Assembly: GCA_965242725.1 (NCBI GenBank)
Contig: CBDESZ010000027.1
Location: 32,001-96,000, forward strand
Source: Alkalispirochaeta sp.
GTDB taxonomy: Bacteria > Spirochaetota > Spirochaetia > DSM-27196 > Alkalispirochaetaceae
Direction of reading: 5' to 3'
Length of the DNA stretch: 64,000 nt
The number at the start of each line of letters is the position of its first letter. Within the stretch, counting starts at the first letter, position 1. This document shows positions 9,777 through 19,649 of the stretch, one piece after another. The notes below the pieces were generated by a model, which did no database searches, was not told the origin of the DNA, and saw only the letters and a list, made by a program, of their open reading frames with translations. Both the position numbers and the translations under genes were made by a program.

Positions 9777-11348
9777 CTACGAACCGCTCCCTTGCAAGAA
9801 ATTAATGTGCCGATCCTGTGTCACAAGCAGTACACGGCGGTCATCCTTGAGTTCTGCAAGGAGCCGCTCCCCTGTGCCTCCGTCAACCGTGACGCGTACA
9901 TACATACCATCGCGGACACGCAGGCGATCCAGTACCTGTATCTCTTTCCCCGTGAGAATGGCGTCAACATCTGTTTCTCCGGGAACGATGATAATGAGTC
10001 TGTCCGGGCCGTCGGGATTCCACGTCACATCTGCCTTTGCCCGTGCATACTCCTCCAGCTTCTCCTGCGACGGCTGCTGAGGAGCAACGGTCCCGTCGGT
10101 GGTTCCTGATGAGGCGGAAAAGCGTCCGTAAGGCTTTGTAATCGCACGTTCAAGCGCGGCTTCCATATTGATCAAGCCGTATCCGTATTCCCGGTCCCAC
10201 CCCGATTCACCGAGATCAACGGCGGTATCCCTGAGAATTTTCCGTACTTCTTCTGCTGTGAGGTAGGGGTTGGCACTCCGCACCAATGCCGCCGCCGCGG
10301 CGACGAGTGGTGCGGCCATTGAGGTACCTGCCTCCGCGGCGTACCCATATTCCCTGGTCGCGGAAAGAAAGTATGTACTGACCATTCCGGTTATTGGATC
10401 ACCGTCTGAAGTCCGTGCACCCGGCGCGACCAGGTCCAGTTCCGGCCCATAATCGGAAAAGACTGAACGTTCCTCATCCTCATCGACGGAGCCGACGGCA
10501 ATGACCTCCGGAAATCGGGCAGGATAGTCGATGCCTCCGTCCTGACCTTCATTCACGAGAGGCGGTGGGCGATCGACACCGTTTCCCGCCGCGGCAACCA
10601 TCACGGTATCCCGGTCTGCCGCGGATAGGACGGCGATTTCAAGTACCAGCAGTTCCGCTTCACTCAGCCCTTCATCACCTCCCAGACTCATATTGATGAC
10701 GGGCGATAGGCGCTGCGCGACGATTCCTCTTCCGGTGTCTGCTCCCGCCGCGTAGAGAATGGATGCGGCGATATCACTTACATACCCCGCCATTCCTCCG
10801 TTCAGGGTCGGGCTGAGGGCGACGACCGGACGGATTTCCACCATCGGGCCGGGCCAGCCGTTGTAGGATGCACCGGAAATTCCAAGGCCGTTTCCCCCGA
10901 CCGCGGCGATGAGACCGCTGACGTGAGTGCCGTGCGCGCTATGGGTGGTTTCCATATTTTCCGGAGGGATACCGTAGGGCAGTGGTTCTGCGGAGCCTCC
11001 GACGAAGTTCGCACCGTCTCCGGACATCACGGCCGCCAGATCGGGGTGCCCCGCAACAATGCCGCCGTCGATCACCGAGACGACAACTTTTCTCATATCC
11101 CGGGCGGCATAGGATATTCGCATCTGTCCCTCAAAGAACCCCCAGGCGCCGGGTGCGTTGATCGTCCGGAGATACCATTGACTGTCATCGACGTCGTTGT
11201 AGAACGTATCATTCGGAGATACGCTGACCTGAGAAGGAACCTCCACGGACTGGGAGGAAAAGGGGCCGTTGCTGCATGACACGGCCAATACAAGCATGCC
11301 TGCGATCGGGAAGAAAGGACGGCAGAAATTGCACCAACGGCGCCTCAT
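9777..11348 (-). CDS. S8 (subtilisin/thermitase-like) serine protease, probable lipoprotein
   Basis: Lipobox-like LAVSC; triad VIDGG / HGTHVSG / GTSMAAP; oxyanion AAAGN; tail YGYGLINMEAA. Confidence 0.92.
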   Translation of the reverse strand: MRRRWCNFCRPFFPIAGMLVLAVSCSNGPFSSQSVEVPSQVSVSPNDTFYNDVDDSQWYLRTINAPGAWGFFEGQMRISYAARDMRKVVVSVIDGGIVAGHPDLAAVMSGDGANFVGGSAEPLPYGIPPENMETTHSAHGTHVSGLIAAVGGNGLGISGASYNGWPGPMVEIRPVVALSPTLNGGMAGYVSDIAASILYAAGADTGRGIVAQRLSPVINMSLGGDEGLSEAELLVLEIAVLSAADRDTVMVAAAGNGVDRPPPLVNEGQDGGIDYPARFPEVIAVGSVDEDEERSVFSDYGPELDLVAPGARTSDGDPITGMVSTYFLSATREYGYAAEAGTSMAAPLVAAAAALVRSANPYLTAEEVRKILRDTAVDLGESGWDREYGYGLINMEAALERAITKPYGRFSASSGTTDGTVAPQQPSQEKLEEYARAKADVTWNPDGPDRLIIIVPGETDVDAILTGKEIQVLDRLRVRDGMYVRVTVDGGTGERLLAELKDDRRVLLVTQDRHINFLQGSGS

Positions 11349-11392
11349 GTACCTACTGTACCCGCAAAGTCCGTGGAAATCCACGATGAGGA

Positions 11393-12652
11393 CTAGTTTT
11401 CCAGAATCGTAATTTCAACCCGACGGTTTCGACGTCGCCCCTCTTCCGTCCCGTTATCGGCAATCGGCTCCTGCGCCCCCCTGCCCTGTGTCATGATGCC
11501 GTCACGTCGGCGCACACCGAGGGAGAGCAGAAACTCCGCAACGGCGGTCGCCCGTTCCTGACTCAATCGCATCCGTCCCTCCACCGTTCCCGCCATTGCC
11601 GTGTGACCGGTGATGAGAAGGTCACGATCGGGATGACGGGATAGAATCCGGGCGAGCCATTGCAGTTTCTCCCGCTCGGAATCAAGCAGCTCCGCGGAAT
11701 CCGGGGCAAACCGTATATTTTCAATTGATACGACGACCCCTTCATCGTCGGAGCGGACGGTGGTATCCCGAATCCCGTCATCTTCGATCGCCTGCTGAAT
11801 GTCGTCCCTCAATCGGTTGCGATCGAGGGGAGGTGCGGACACGACTTTTCCGTCGGCGCTCCCCCGGTACTCGCTTCGCGTTCCATCGGCAAGCTGAATA
11901 AAGAGGTTGTAGTCCTCCCGGTAGAAATGGGGACGGCCGGCGATGTAGTCCCAGTACAGTTCCTGGGAAAAGCGTGCCGTCATGAGCCGGATCGCGCCCG
12001 CTTCAGGCGCATCCGGAGCCGGCCGGTGGAAGAGATTGTATGCTATCGCGAATACGTCATACCTCCGCCCCTCAAACTCCGTCTGACCGGTGTACGTGTA
12101 CTGTACCTCTACCGGTATAACCAACGGCTCCTGGAGCCCGATTCCCTCTCTCAGGTCGTACACCTCAAAGGCTTGCGCCGTCCAATTGTCTCCCGGCGCT
12201 ATCGGTCGGTCGGGAAAGACGGGAATGTTGCGTACCTGCGGAACAAAGGAACCCCGGGGGACTTCCTGACGTCCTGAAGCGTCCTGGGAGAACTCCACCT
12301 CATACTCCCGCTCAAGGGTAAATACATGATCCTCGAGTTCCGATTCCTCGGAGACCTGGTATCGCGCCCGTATCGTCCCGACGGTCGCCGGTGATTCCGA
12401 CGCAGCCCCGTCGTCGTCGACATCGAGAACCGTTATCAGAACGCGGGTGAGTACTTCCGCCGTGCCGACTTCACGTCCGTTTATCGAAAGAATCTGATTG
12501 TTGACTCCTACGATTCGATACTCTTCGTCCTGCCGGTAACGGTGAACGAAGACACGTCCCTCCTGGGCCCGGAGGATATCCAATCCACCGATATCGGTGA
12601 ATGCCAGGACCGTGATCATGACAAATAACGTTACCGCTCCCTTTCGCTTCAT
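11393..12652 (-). CDS. OmpA-family protein with large N-terminal domain
   Basis: Signal peptide; C-terminal IRFAPDSAEL, ITGHTA, LSQERA, NRRVEI. Confidence 0.9.
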   Translation of the reverse strand: MKRKGAVTLFVMITVLAFTDIGGLDILRAQEGRVFVHRYRQDEEYRIVGVNNQILSINGREVGTAEVLTRVLITVLDVDDDGAASESPATVGTIRARYQVSEESELEDHVFTLEREYEVEFSQDASGRQEVPRGSFVPQVRNIPVFPDRPIAPGDNWTAQAFEVYDLREGIGLQEPLVIPVEVQYTYTGQTEFEGRRYDVFAIAYNLFHRPAPDAPEAGAIRLMTARFSQELYWDYIAGRPHFYREDYNLFIQLADGTRSEYRGSADGKVVSAPPLDRNRLRDDIQQAIEDDGIRDTTVRSDDEGVVVSIENIRFAPDSAELLDSEREKLQWLARILSRHPDRDLLITGHTAMAGTVEGRMRLSQERATAVAEFLLSLGVRRRDGIMTQGRGAQEPIADNGTEEGRRRNRRVEITILEN

Positions 12653-12734
12653 AGGTCAAATATCGACGGCGTCCCGTGTTTCTTGATGTTCCCCTTTCTT
12701 GACAAAGGTCTAGGCCGTTCTTACGATGCCTCCG

Positions 12735-13766
12735 GTGAGTCGCAAACAAGTGAGCAAACACAGAGGGATCACTCTTCCGGGATGGGTCATTCGACGCCGG
12801 TCGGGTCTCCTGATCGTCGGGGACGATTTTCCACAGACATTGTCCGAAAAGGATCTGGCGAAACTCATCGTTCGGAACGTCGACCGGAACAGGGGCGATG
12901 CCGGAGAAGGCCCAACAATTATTCAAGTGGCAGCCCAGACCGAAGACGAGTTGAGCCGTCCGAAATCCGCTCTCTGGACATCGACGCCGGCGCGGATTAT
13001 CGACCTTTTGCGCCGGAGCGACATCGACCTTTCGGGGGTGCGCTGTGTCGTGACGCGCCTTCCGTCACATGATAGACTGGCCTTTTCGGCGGATATCGGG
13101 TTTATAATGTCCAAGTTTGAAAAGCCGCCACAGGTGGTTCTGATTTGCGATTCCCCACCGTCGGTGGAAGTCATGGAGCGGATACCGGTCAATCTCCGGC
13201 GAATCGAAGATCTCCGCAATAACGCTATGGTACAACAGAAAGGGAGCGATACAATGGCACGTTCAGACGAGCAATACATTAAAGATTATGAAGAACTTGA
13301 GGAAAAGGTTGCCGACATCGTCCGTCGCATCCATGAAGATGAAGATCCTCATGAAATGAACGAGTATAAGCGCTTCATCAAAAAGCATGTTTCGGTCTTC
13401 AGCCGCGCCTATTTTACCGCCTATCTGGTGAAACAGTTTGTCGACGGTAATACGGAACGAAGACCGCGCAAATCGTCGACCCGCAAGGATGAACCGACGG
13501 TCGGAAACGTCGCGCCTGAAGACCGTCAGACTCTCTTTGTAAGCGTCGGGAAAAACCGCCGGGTATATCCCAAGGACTTTGTCGCCCTCTTTGCCGAGCT
13601 TGACGGCGTCGAAGGTGACGACATCGGACAGATAAAGATTCTCGACAACTACTCTTTCATAGAGGTGGAAGAGACGGTTGCGGATAAAATCATAGCCGCC
13701 TATGACGGATACGATTTCCGGGGGCGCAAGCTGACCGTCAATTACGCCCGCAATAAAAAAGACTGA
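12735..13766 (+). CDS. DbpA RNA-binding-domain protein with a degenerate DEAD-box-like N-terminal region
   Basis: C-terminal LFVSVGKNRRV...DIGQIKILDNYSFIEV...RGRKLTVNYA; start uncertain (GTG 12735 behind a sigma70 promoter, or internal ATG of MARSDEQ). Confidence 0.75.
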   Translation: MSRKQVSKHRGITLPGWVIRRRSGLLIVGDDFPQTLSEKDLAKLIVRNVDRNRGDAGEGPTIIQVAAQTEDELSRPKSALWTSTPARIIDLLRRSDIDLSGVRCVVTRLPSHDRLAFSADIGFIMSKFEKPPQVVLICDSPPSVEVMERIPVNLRRIEDLRNNAMVQQKGSDTMARSDEQYIKDYEELEEKVADIVRRIHEDEDPHEMNEYKRFIKKHVSVFSRAYFTAYLVKQFVDGNTERRPRKSSTRKDEPTVGNVAPEDRQTLFVSVGKNRRVYPKDFVALFAELDGVEGDDIGQIKILDNYSFIEVEETVADKIIAAYDGYDFRGRKLTVNYARNKKD

Positions 13767-13768
13767 TA

Positions 13769-14704
13769 TCAGCGAAGCAGGACGGCGAGTACCACCGCGG
13801 CTATGAAGCCGTTTGCGACCATTCCCGCTATCAGAACGAAAAGTGCCGCCAGCTCATGCACGGCGGCCTCGGTGGTGTGACGTTTCCACGCCGCGAGCTG
13901 TCTGGTCTCCAACCGTTGTTGGAGCAGCAACATATCCCGGGTGGCTCGTATGCGTCGCCCCTTGCGCCACAGGCGGCGATAGGCGTAGTACCCAAGAACA
14001 CCCGGGGGAAAGAGCGGCAGCAGAGGAATGATAGCCGCGACGACTCCCACTAGTGCGTAAAGGCGATTTTCTCCAAATACCTGCATGACCCATAACAGTT
14101 CGGCCAGAAAGCCCACGATCAACGATACCGGCGTTATGTGATTCCAGTACTCATTACGCTGTCTTCCGGTCCACATTGCCCGGTGAAGAACGATGTTGTC
14201 GGGGCAATCGTACATGATGACCAGTGGTGGTTCCTTGTCCCCCGACCACGAAGAAAACGTCAGCGTTCCGTTGATTCGTCGGGGTACGCCGGCTACAAAA
14301 AAACGGCTCCCTTCAACTAGGGCGGTCATTTCCTTCCACATGACGATTCTCGGCGTCGCATCGGGCGGGGAAGCGTCCGCTGACGGAGACTGGGGAAGGA
14401 GAAAAATGGGGATTTCCTCGAGGTTGAGCATCACCGACACGCCGTGAGAGCCGAGCCATATTCCGCTCTGTCCCTGAATCCCCTCGAGGCGGCCGAAGAA
14501 TAGCGCCGGTGAGGTGGTTTCTCCGTCGTCATGTATGTGGTGAGCCGACTGATAGTCAAGCACCGTGAAGGACTGTGCCTCCCCCACCTTCCGACGGAAC
14601 GTCCTCCACCGATGACGTACGGCGAACGCACCCCCCAGGGGGATGATAATGAAGAAAACGAAAGCCGGCAGTAGACCGATCAGTATGTCGTTATTAAATC
14701 CCAT
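13769..14704 (-). CDS. Hypothetical membrane protein (about 4 hydrophobic segments)
   Basis: 311-aa ORF filling the gap; N-terminal and C-terminal hydrophobic helices. Confidence 0.7.
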   Translation of the reverse strand: MGFNNDILIGLLPAFVFFIIIPLGGAFAVRHRWRTFRRKVGEAQSFTVLDYQSAHHIHDDGETTSPALFFGRLEGIQGQSGIWLGSHGVSVMLNLEEIPIFLLPQSPSADASPPDATPRIVMWKEMTALVEGSRFFVAGVPRRINGTLTFSSWSGDKEPPLVIMYDCPDNIVLHRAMWTGRQRNEYWNHITPVSLIVGFLAELLWVMQVFGENRLYALVGVVAAIIPLLPLFPPGVLGYYAYRRLWRKGRRIRATRDMLLLQQRLETRQLAAWKRHTTEAAVHELAALFVLIAGMVANGFIAAVVLAVLLR

Positions 14705-14742
14705 TCTTGCTGATCCTTAAAAACTCGGCTATTTTAATGGTA

Positions 14743-15429
14743 ATGCTCATAGATCGAATTATCGTCGGGACAATGCACACGAACGCGTATATTGTGTCCA
14801 CAGGAAAGAAGGAATGTATCATCATCGACCCAGGTGACGAAAGTGAAACGCTCATTCGCCGTCTGGAAGCGATGAATCTTCTTCCCCTCGCCATAGTCTA
14901 TACCCACGGTCACATCGACCACACATCGGCAACACAGGATATTCTAGACCACTATGCGGAGCGGGACCACCACATTGCCGTGGGAATTCATCGGGAAGAC
15001 GCGGCATTCCTTGGTGCCACGGCGGAACAGAAAAACAGGGACTTTTTTGAGGTCTTTGGAGAACCGGGCCTCAAAGCGCTGCACTCCTACGACGCACGCA
15101 TTCCCGCACCGGAGTTTTTCTACGAAGAAGGTGACACGATTCTCGATTCCGATATCGTGGTCATGCATACACCGGGCCACAGCTCAGGGAGCACCTGTTT
15201 CTACAGCGAGCCCCGGGAGGCGCTGTTTACCGGAGACACCCTTTTCTTCAATACCATCGGCAGGACCGATTTTCCGTCGGGGAAGCCGGACCTCCTGGAA
15301 CACTCGGTTACCCAGCGATTGTTTACACTCCCCGGTCAGACGCGCATCTTTCCGGGCCATGGACCGTTGAGTACCGTTGAACGGGAAGTGATGAATAATC
15401 CCCTCGTCAGTGAAGGCGCGACGGTGTGA
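14743..15429 (+). CDS. MBL-fold metallo-hydrolase (glyoxalase II-like)
   Basis: IIDPG, THGHIDH, HTPGHS, FTGDTLF, PGHG. Confidence 0.93.
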   Translation: MLIDRIIVGTMHTNAYIVSTGKKECIIIDPGDESETLIRRLEAMNLLPLAIVYTHGHIDHTSATQDILDHYAERDHHIAVGIHREDAAFLGATAEQKNRDFFEVFGEPGLKALHSYDARIPAPEFFYEEGDTILDSDIVVMHTPGHSSGSTCFYSEPREALFTGDTLFFNTIGRTDFPSGKPDLLEHSVTQRLFTLPGQTRIFPGHGPLSTVEREVMNNPLVSEGATV

Positions 15430-15483
15430 CGAACGGCACCTGTTGCCCCTTCGCACAGGGAGCTTAAAGCGCGGGTACCGGGA

Positions 15484-15861
15484 TTACGCCGTCATGTCGA
15501 GGAGCAATCCCTCTGCGGGAATCCCATACCGAAATGAACCGCTTTGAATATCCTCCACGATGCGTCGCGCAGCCTCTTCCATGATTGATTGCTGATGCTC
15601 CAGGGGGTCTTTTCCCGTATCCGGAGTGAGATCCTGTTGCATATTGGCGATACGTGTGAGGAGTGAATCTATGGCTTTGAGCCGGGATATGGAGTACCCC
15701 CCGGTACCCGGAGGCGAGGGAACGGCATTGATGTGGTCCAGTCGTGCATAGACCGTTCCCTCGACCGGCAACGCAACCCGTCCTTCCGATAGACGCGCCC
15801 GCACAAGATCGGTAATGGGAATGGTGCCGTTTGTTCGAATTGAAATGATATTCCCTTCCAT
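15484..15861 (-). CDS. Small hypothetical protein
   Basis: 125-aa ORF with GGAGG SD upstream of ATG 15861. Confidence 0.65.
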   Translation of the reverse strand: MEGNIISIRTNGTIPITDLVRARLSEGRVALPVEGTVYARLDHINAVPSPPGTGGYSISRLKAIDSLLTRIANMQQDLTPDTGKDPLEHQQSIMEEAARRIVEDIQSGSFRYGIPAEGLLLDMTA

Positions 15862-15915
15862 GTACCGCCTCCACTTGATAGTATCGGCAGGTACACGTCG
15901 GGGAATTATACTCTC

Positions 15916-16272
15916 CTATCTGTTTCGTCGTTCCAGTTCGTTCTGGTATTCAACGCGATACAGAGCGTAGGGAATTGCCTCGAGTCGTTCCTTTGGAATC
16001 TCCAGACCGCTCTTGAGGCAGATACCGTATTTACCGTTTTCTATCCGTCCAAGGGCCGATTCTATCAACCGCAACTTCTTCAGTTCCTGAGCCCCGAGGG
16101 CGCTGAGCAGTTTTTTGTCGATATCCGTGCTGGCGACATCCACAAGATCCTTGGTATCGCTGGAACCTGCCATCGAACGGAACTCTTCGTCTTCCGCGAC
16201 TAATTGCCTGAGAATATCGGCTTTCATCTCTTCCAGTCGGGTTTTCATCTTTTCTACAAATTCTTTATCCAT
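15916..16272 (-). CDS. dksA: TraR/DksA family transcription regulator
   Basis: Coiled-coil tip DLVDVA; IESALGRIENGKYGIC...IPKERLEAIPYA. Confidence 0.88.
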   Translation of the reverse strand: MDKEFVEKMKTRLEEMKADILRQLVAEDEEFRSMAGSSDTKDLVDVASTDIDKKLLSALGAQELKKLRLIESALGRIENGKYGICLKSGLEIPKERLEAIPYALYRVEYQNELERRNR

Positions 16273-16306
16273 TGTGTCGTCTCCACGGTGCCAAAAAGTC
16301 CCATGA

Positions 16307-16389
16307 AATTTAGACGAAGTTTGAAAAAAGTCAAGGGATTTCTATGAATTATTCCAACGTTGACATTCAACGCCCATGCAACATACCAT
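16307..16389. promoter_or_regulatory. Divergent sigma70-like promoters for dksA and infA
   Basis: Minus TTGACT-N16-TAAATT (16334-16307); plus TTGACA-N18-TACCAT (16360-16389). Confidence 0.5.
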
Positions 16390-16415
16390 ACCAATACACT
16401 TCACAAGGAGGATCT

Positions 16416-16634
16416 GTGGCAAAAGAAGAGGCAATCGAAGTAGAAGGTGTGGTCAAAGAATCACTCCCCAATACGATGTTCCGCGTAGAGTTGAAGAACG
16501 GACACGTTATTCTCACCCACCTGTCGGGCAAGATGCGGAAGCATTACATCAGGATTGTACCGGGTGATCGAGTGAAAGTTGCCCTTTCACCGTATGATTT
16601 GTCACGAGGCCGGATTATCTATCGCGAACGCTGA
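16416..16634 (+). CDS. infA: Translation initiation factor IF-1
   Basis: GTG start after [19 protein letters not shown]...[18 protein letters not shown]...[13 protein letters not shown]. Confidence 0.98.
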   Translation: MAKEEAIEVEGVVKESLPNTMFRVELKNGHVILTHLSGKMRKHYIRIVPGDRVKVALSPYDLSRGRIIYRER

Positions 16635-17002
16635 CGGATAACCGCCCACGTAGCGCCCCGACCACCATCCTTTATTCCAGGATTACCTGTAGCCCCCACA
16701 CAGGGGTTCATTTCAAGATAGCTCTGAACCATGCTTCGCAGCGGGGATGGTGCGGTCAGGGTCTGCCCTTTTCCATGAACGATCAGCACTTTTTTTCGTC
16801 CACTTTTGACCGCGTCGTGAATAAACCGATCCAGCGCGTCCCTCCCGTCCTGTACCGTAAAGCCGTGAAGATCCAGCGTCGCTTCGACCGGTAGTCTTGC
16901 CGGGGCAATATGGTCCCGTCCAGGAGCGTCCTTTTCGCGGGCGACGTCCGGCTGCTCCGGCGGCGGATATCGCCGAAGATAGTCATCCATAGACGGCGTC
17001 AA
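16619..17002 (-). CDS. Smr/MutS2 C-terminal domain protein
   Basis: LDLHGFT, LIVHGKG, GGRGAT. Confidence 0.9.
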   Translation of the reverse strand: MTPSMDDYLRRYPPPEQPDVAREKDAPGRDHIAPARLPVEATLDLHGFTVQDGRDALDRFIHDAVKSGRKKVLIVHGKGQTLTAPSPLRSMVQSYLEMNPCVGATGNPGIKDGGRGATWAVIRQRSR

Positions 17003-19029
17003 TGATCGGCTCCCGTGCCCGGCGTTCTGACCAGGTCCCGGGGAACCCAGCCATTGGTTCCCGTCTGATTGTAGACGAGGTAGAAGTCCTCATACTCAAG
17101 CTCGATTCGTACCGCCTGTGCTTCCGCAAGCCTGATCCACGGCACCGCACCGGAATCGGGGATTCGGCGGAGGTGAACCGCTTCCTCCACCACACCTTCC
17201 CGCTGATTGTCGAGATTCAGCGACCAGACATACCCGGCAAAGGTAACGACCATAACCATGCCGATACCGACGAGACCGATCGTTGTACGCAGACGGTGTC
17301 GGAAGAACAGCAGTATCCAGAACACGGTCCACAATCCGATCAACATGACGATGAATACATCGGGGCGAAGATATCGCGGAACCGGAATCTGCTCCTCCAT
17401 CCCGAAGTATGCCTCCGCCTCCGCCAGGGCGAGACGAAAATCGTCCCGTTCCGGAGCGAGTCGCAACGCCCTCCGGAGGTGATAAATTGTAAGTACCGGA
17501 CGTTCAAGCCTGAGGCTCAGGACTCCCCTGTTGTAGTGAACTCCGCCGTGCCACTCATTTTCAGAAAGTTCCAGGTCGTATAACACCGCCGCCACGGCGA
17601 TTCGCCCGTCGTCAATGAGACGCTGCGCTTTTTCAAGCCTTTCAATCGACAATTGGGGAACGATCGCCGCTGCGAAAAACAGCGGTAAAAAACCTATGAG
17701 TGTCGCCGATTTTCGCCTTTTTGCGGATTCGTTTGACGGACGGCGAACGGACCACAACGCTGCCGCGGAAAACACGAGCGGTCCCAGGAGAAAGAAATAG
17801 TAAACCCAGGACACTTGACCGAGCCGTATCCATCGGGGGCTTGTCAATTGTTCCAAGGTGAGCAACGGCAGATCGGGAATCCTCTGTTCTTCTTCCTCGG
17901 CCGTCGGCCCGCCCCGAACCTCTATTTCAAATCTTCTTGGAGAGACCCGGCCAAGCTCGTTGCGGAGAGGATCATAGAACGCATAGGAGCCGATGGTTAC
18001 AGACGCCGCTCCGTCCTGAGCATCCACTTCGTACCTGATCGTACGGCGGCGGACGCCACTGTAACCACCCGCTTCGGCCGCACCGGTTCCTACCGACGAG
18101 GTCTCGCTGCGATCAACTTCGACCAGTCCTTCAACGGTCACGACCGGGAAGTCGGCAACCGGCAAATTCCCCGTTCCTTCCAGGGCAACCGTCAACGTCA
18201 CAATGTCACCCTGGGTCGCCTGATTGTGTGAAAGGCTTGGTTGTATTTCAAATGAACCTATCGCGTTAGAAGCGGTGACTGCCGTCGGGATCGGATCAAC
18301 CTGGAGGGTATGACGGGGTGCGGTCACCGACATCCCCGCAGCCTGTACCGATGCTTCCGGTATCGTTATTTCTCCGCTGGCCGCGGGGGTGAAGAAAAAC
18401 CCGGCAACGGGAATATCGTATACCGTGACATCTCCTATCGTCCGGCTCTGTACCGCGCCCAGACCCGCTACCTCTTCAAACAGTCCCGTCTCCGGGGCGC
18501 GGAACGAGATCTCTTCAGGGAAGTGGTAATCCGCCGCACCGGTAATTTCGAGAAGGACCGGAACCGTCTGGCTCTGTACGGCCCGTGACGTCAGAACTGT
18601 CCAGCGCGCCCGAAATGGAATGACTCCATCCCGTTCCGCGGAAACGACCACCGGTTCAACCTCCCTGGAACCGTCGGCGGAGACGACCTGGATTCCCTCC
18701 AGAATGTAACGCCCCGCTTCCTGTACCCGCAGGGGTATCCTCACTTCCCGGGGACCGAATCCGCGGGAAACGAGCGTCGGATCTCCCGCTCCGGTGATTC
18801 CGCGAGGCAACCCGGGGAAAATGACTTCAATCTGTTCCGGCGCCTCTTCATCAAGGGATATGCGCAGCTCCACCGTATCCCCCACCGACACCTCACGATG
18901 GAGAGAGTCCATGACGGGGAAATAGGAACTCCCGCCGATCTCCCCTTCCACCGCTTCCTGGGCGTGGAGGGTGATTGGGAGTACCGTAGACATGACCGCG
19001 CACAGAAGGGTCAGACTCCTGTATTTCAT
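16999..19029 (-). CDS. batD: BatD-family protein with C-terminal TPR and SH3-like (BatE-like) region
   Basis: Signal peptide; AIGSFEI, EGTGNL, FYDP; TPR HYNRG; terminal GWVP; TGATG coupling to the upstream gene. Confidence 0.75.
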   Translation of the reverse strand: MKYRSLTLLCAVMSTVLPITLHAQEAVEGEIGGSSYFPVMDSLHREVSVGDTVELRISLDEEAPEQIEVIFPGLPRGITGAGDPTLVSRGFGPREVRIPLRVQEAGRYILEGIQVVSADGSREVEPVVVSAERDGVIPFRARWTVLTSRAVQSQTVPVLLEITGAADYHFPEEISFRAPETGLFEEVAGLGAVQSRTIGDVTVYDIPVAGFFFTPAASGEITIPEASVQAAGMSVTAPRHTLQVDPIPTAVTASNAIGSFEIQPSLSHNQATQGDIVTLTVALEGTGNLPVADFPVVTVEGLVEVDRSETSSVGTGAAEAGGYSGVRRRTIRYEVDAQDGAASVTIGSYAFYDPLRNELGRVSPRRFEIEVRGGPTAEEEEQRIPDLPLLTLEQLTSPRWIRLGQVSWVYYFFLLGPLVFSAAALWSVRRPSNESAKRRKSATLIGFLPLFFAAAIVPQLSIERLEKAQRLIDDGRIAVAAVLYDLELSENEWHGGVHYNRGVLSLRLERPVLTIYHLRRALRLAPERDDFRLALAEAEAYFGMEEQIPVPRYLRPDVFIVMLIGLWTVFWILLFFRHRLRTTIGLVGIGMVMVVTFAGYVWSLNLDNQREGVVEEAVHLRRIPDSGAVPWIRLAEAQAVRIELEYEDFYLVYNQTGTNGWVPRDLVRTPGTGADH

Positions 19030-19649
19030 CACCAGTCTCGAGCCTCCCATTGACCGTCCTGTTCCGCATTGGCACGCCACCGCTGTTCTTCTTTCCGTCG
19101 GACATAGTCAAGCATACGCGTCGCCGTCGATTCAGGTGTCTGCGACTGATCACTCCCGTCATCAGAGCCGGACATTCCGTCTCTGGTGAGACCCGCCCCC
19201 GACTCGATGCGCTCGAGGGTCGTCTCGAAATTGCGTTTTGCGTCCATGCTGGATGGGTTTACGGTCAGGGCAAATCGAAACTGCGCCAACGCATCCTCGT
19301 AGCGACCCTGCTCAAAGAGATAGACCCCCCGGTTGAAAGCGGCACCGAACTGGAGATCTCTGACATCGACATTCTGCGCACGGTTCCACTGTTCTACCGC
19401 CGCTTCCGCTTCTCCGAGAAAGTGATAGACGTTTCCGAGGTTATATGCGATCCACGGATCGTACTCCGACTCGCCCCGGGCTCGCAGATAGTCGACGATT
19501 GCCATCTGGTAGTCTCCGCGGCTGACATTGTAGTTGCCCCGTATGACCCGCAGCTGGGGTATTTCCTGTCCGCACGACGTCAGGATCGCCAGGAAGAGAA
19601 TGAACAGCCCCGTCTTCATTGTCGTGTCAATCAGCCTTGCGCCTTTCAT
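19029..19649 (-). CDS. TPR protein, BatC-like (possible lipoprotein)
   Basis: LTSC lipobox-like; YNLGN, FNRG and AKRNFE; ends RDW. Confidence 0.8.
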   Translation of the reverse strand: MKGARLIDTTMKTGLFILFLAILTSCGQEIPQLRVIRGNYNVSRGDYQMAIVDYLRARGESEYDPWIAYNLGNVYHFLGEAEAAVEQWNRAQNVDVRDLQFGAAFNRGVYLFEQGRYEDALAQFRFALTVNPSSMDAKRNFETTLERIESGAGLTRDGMSGSDDGSDQSQTPESTATRMLDYVRRKEEQRWRANAEQDGQWEARDW

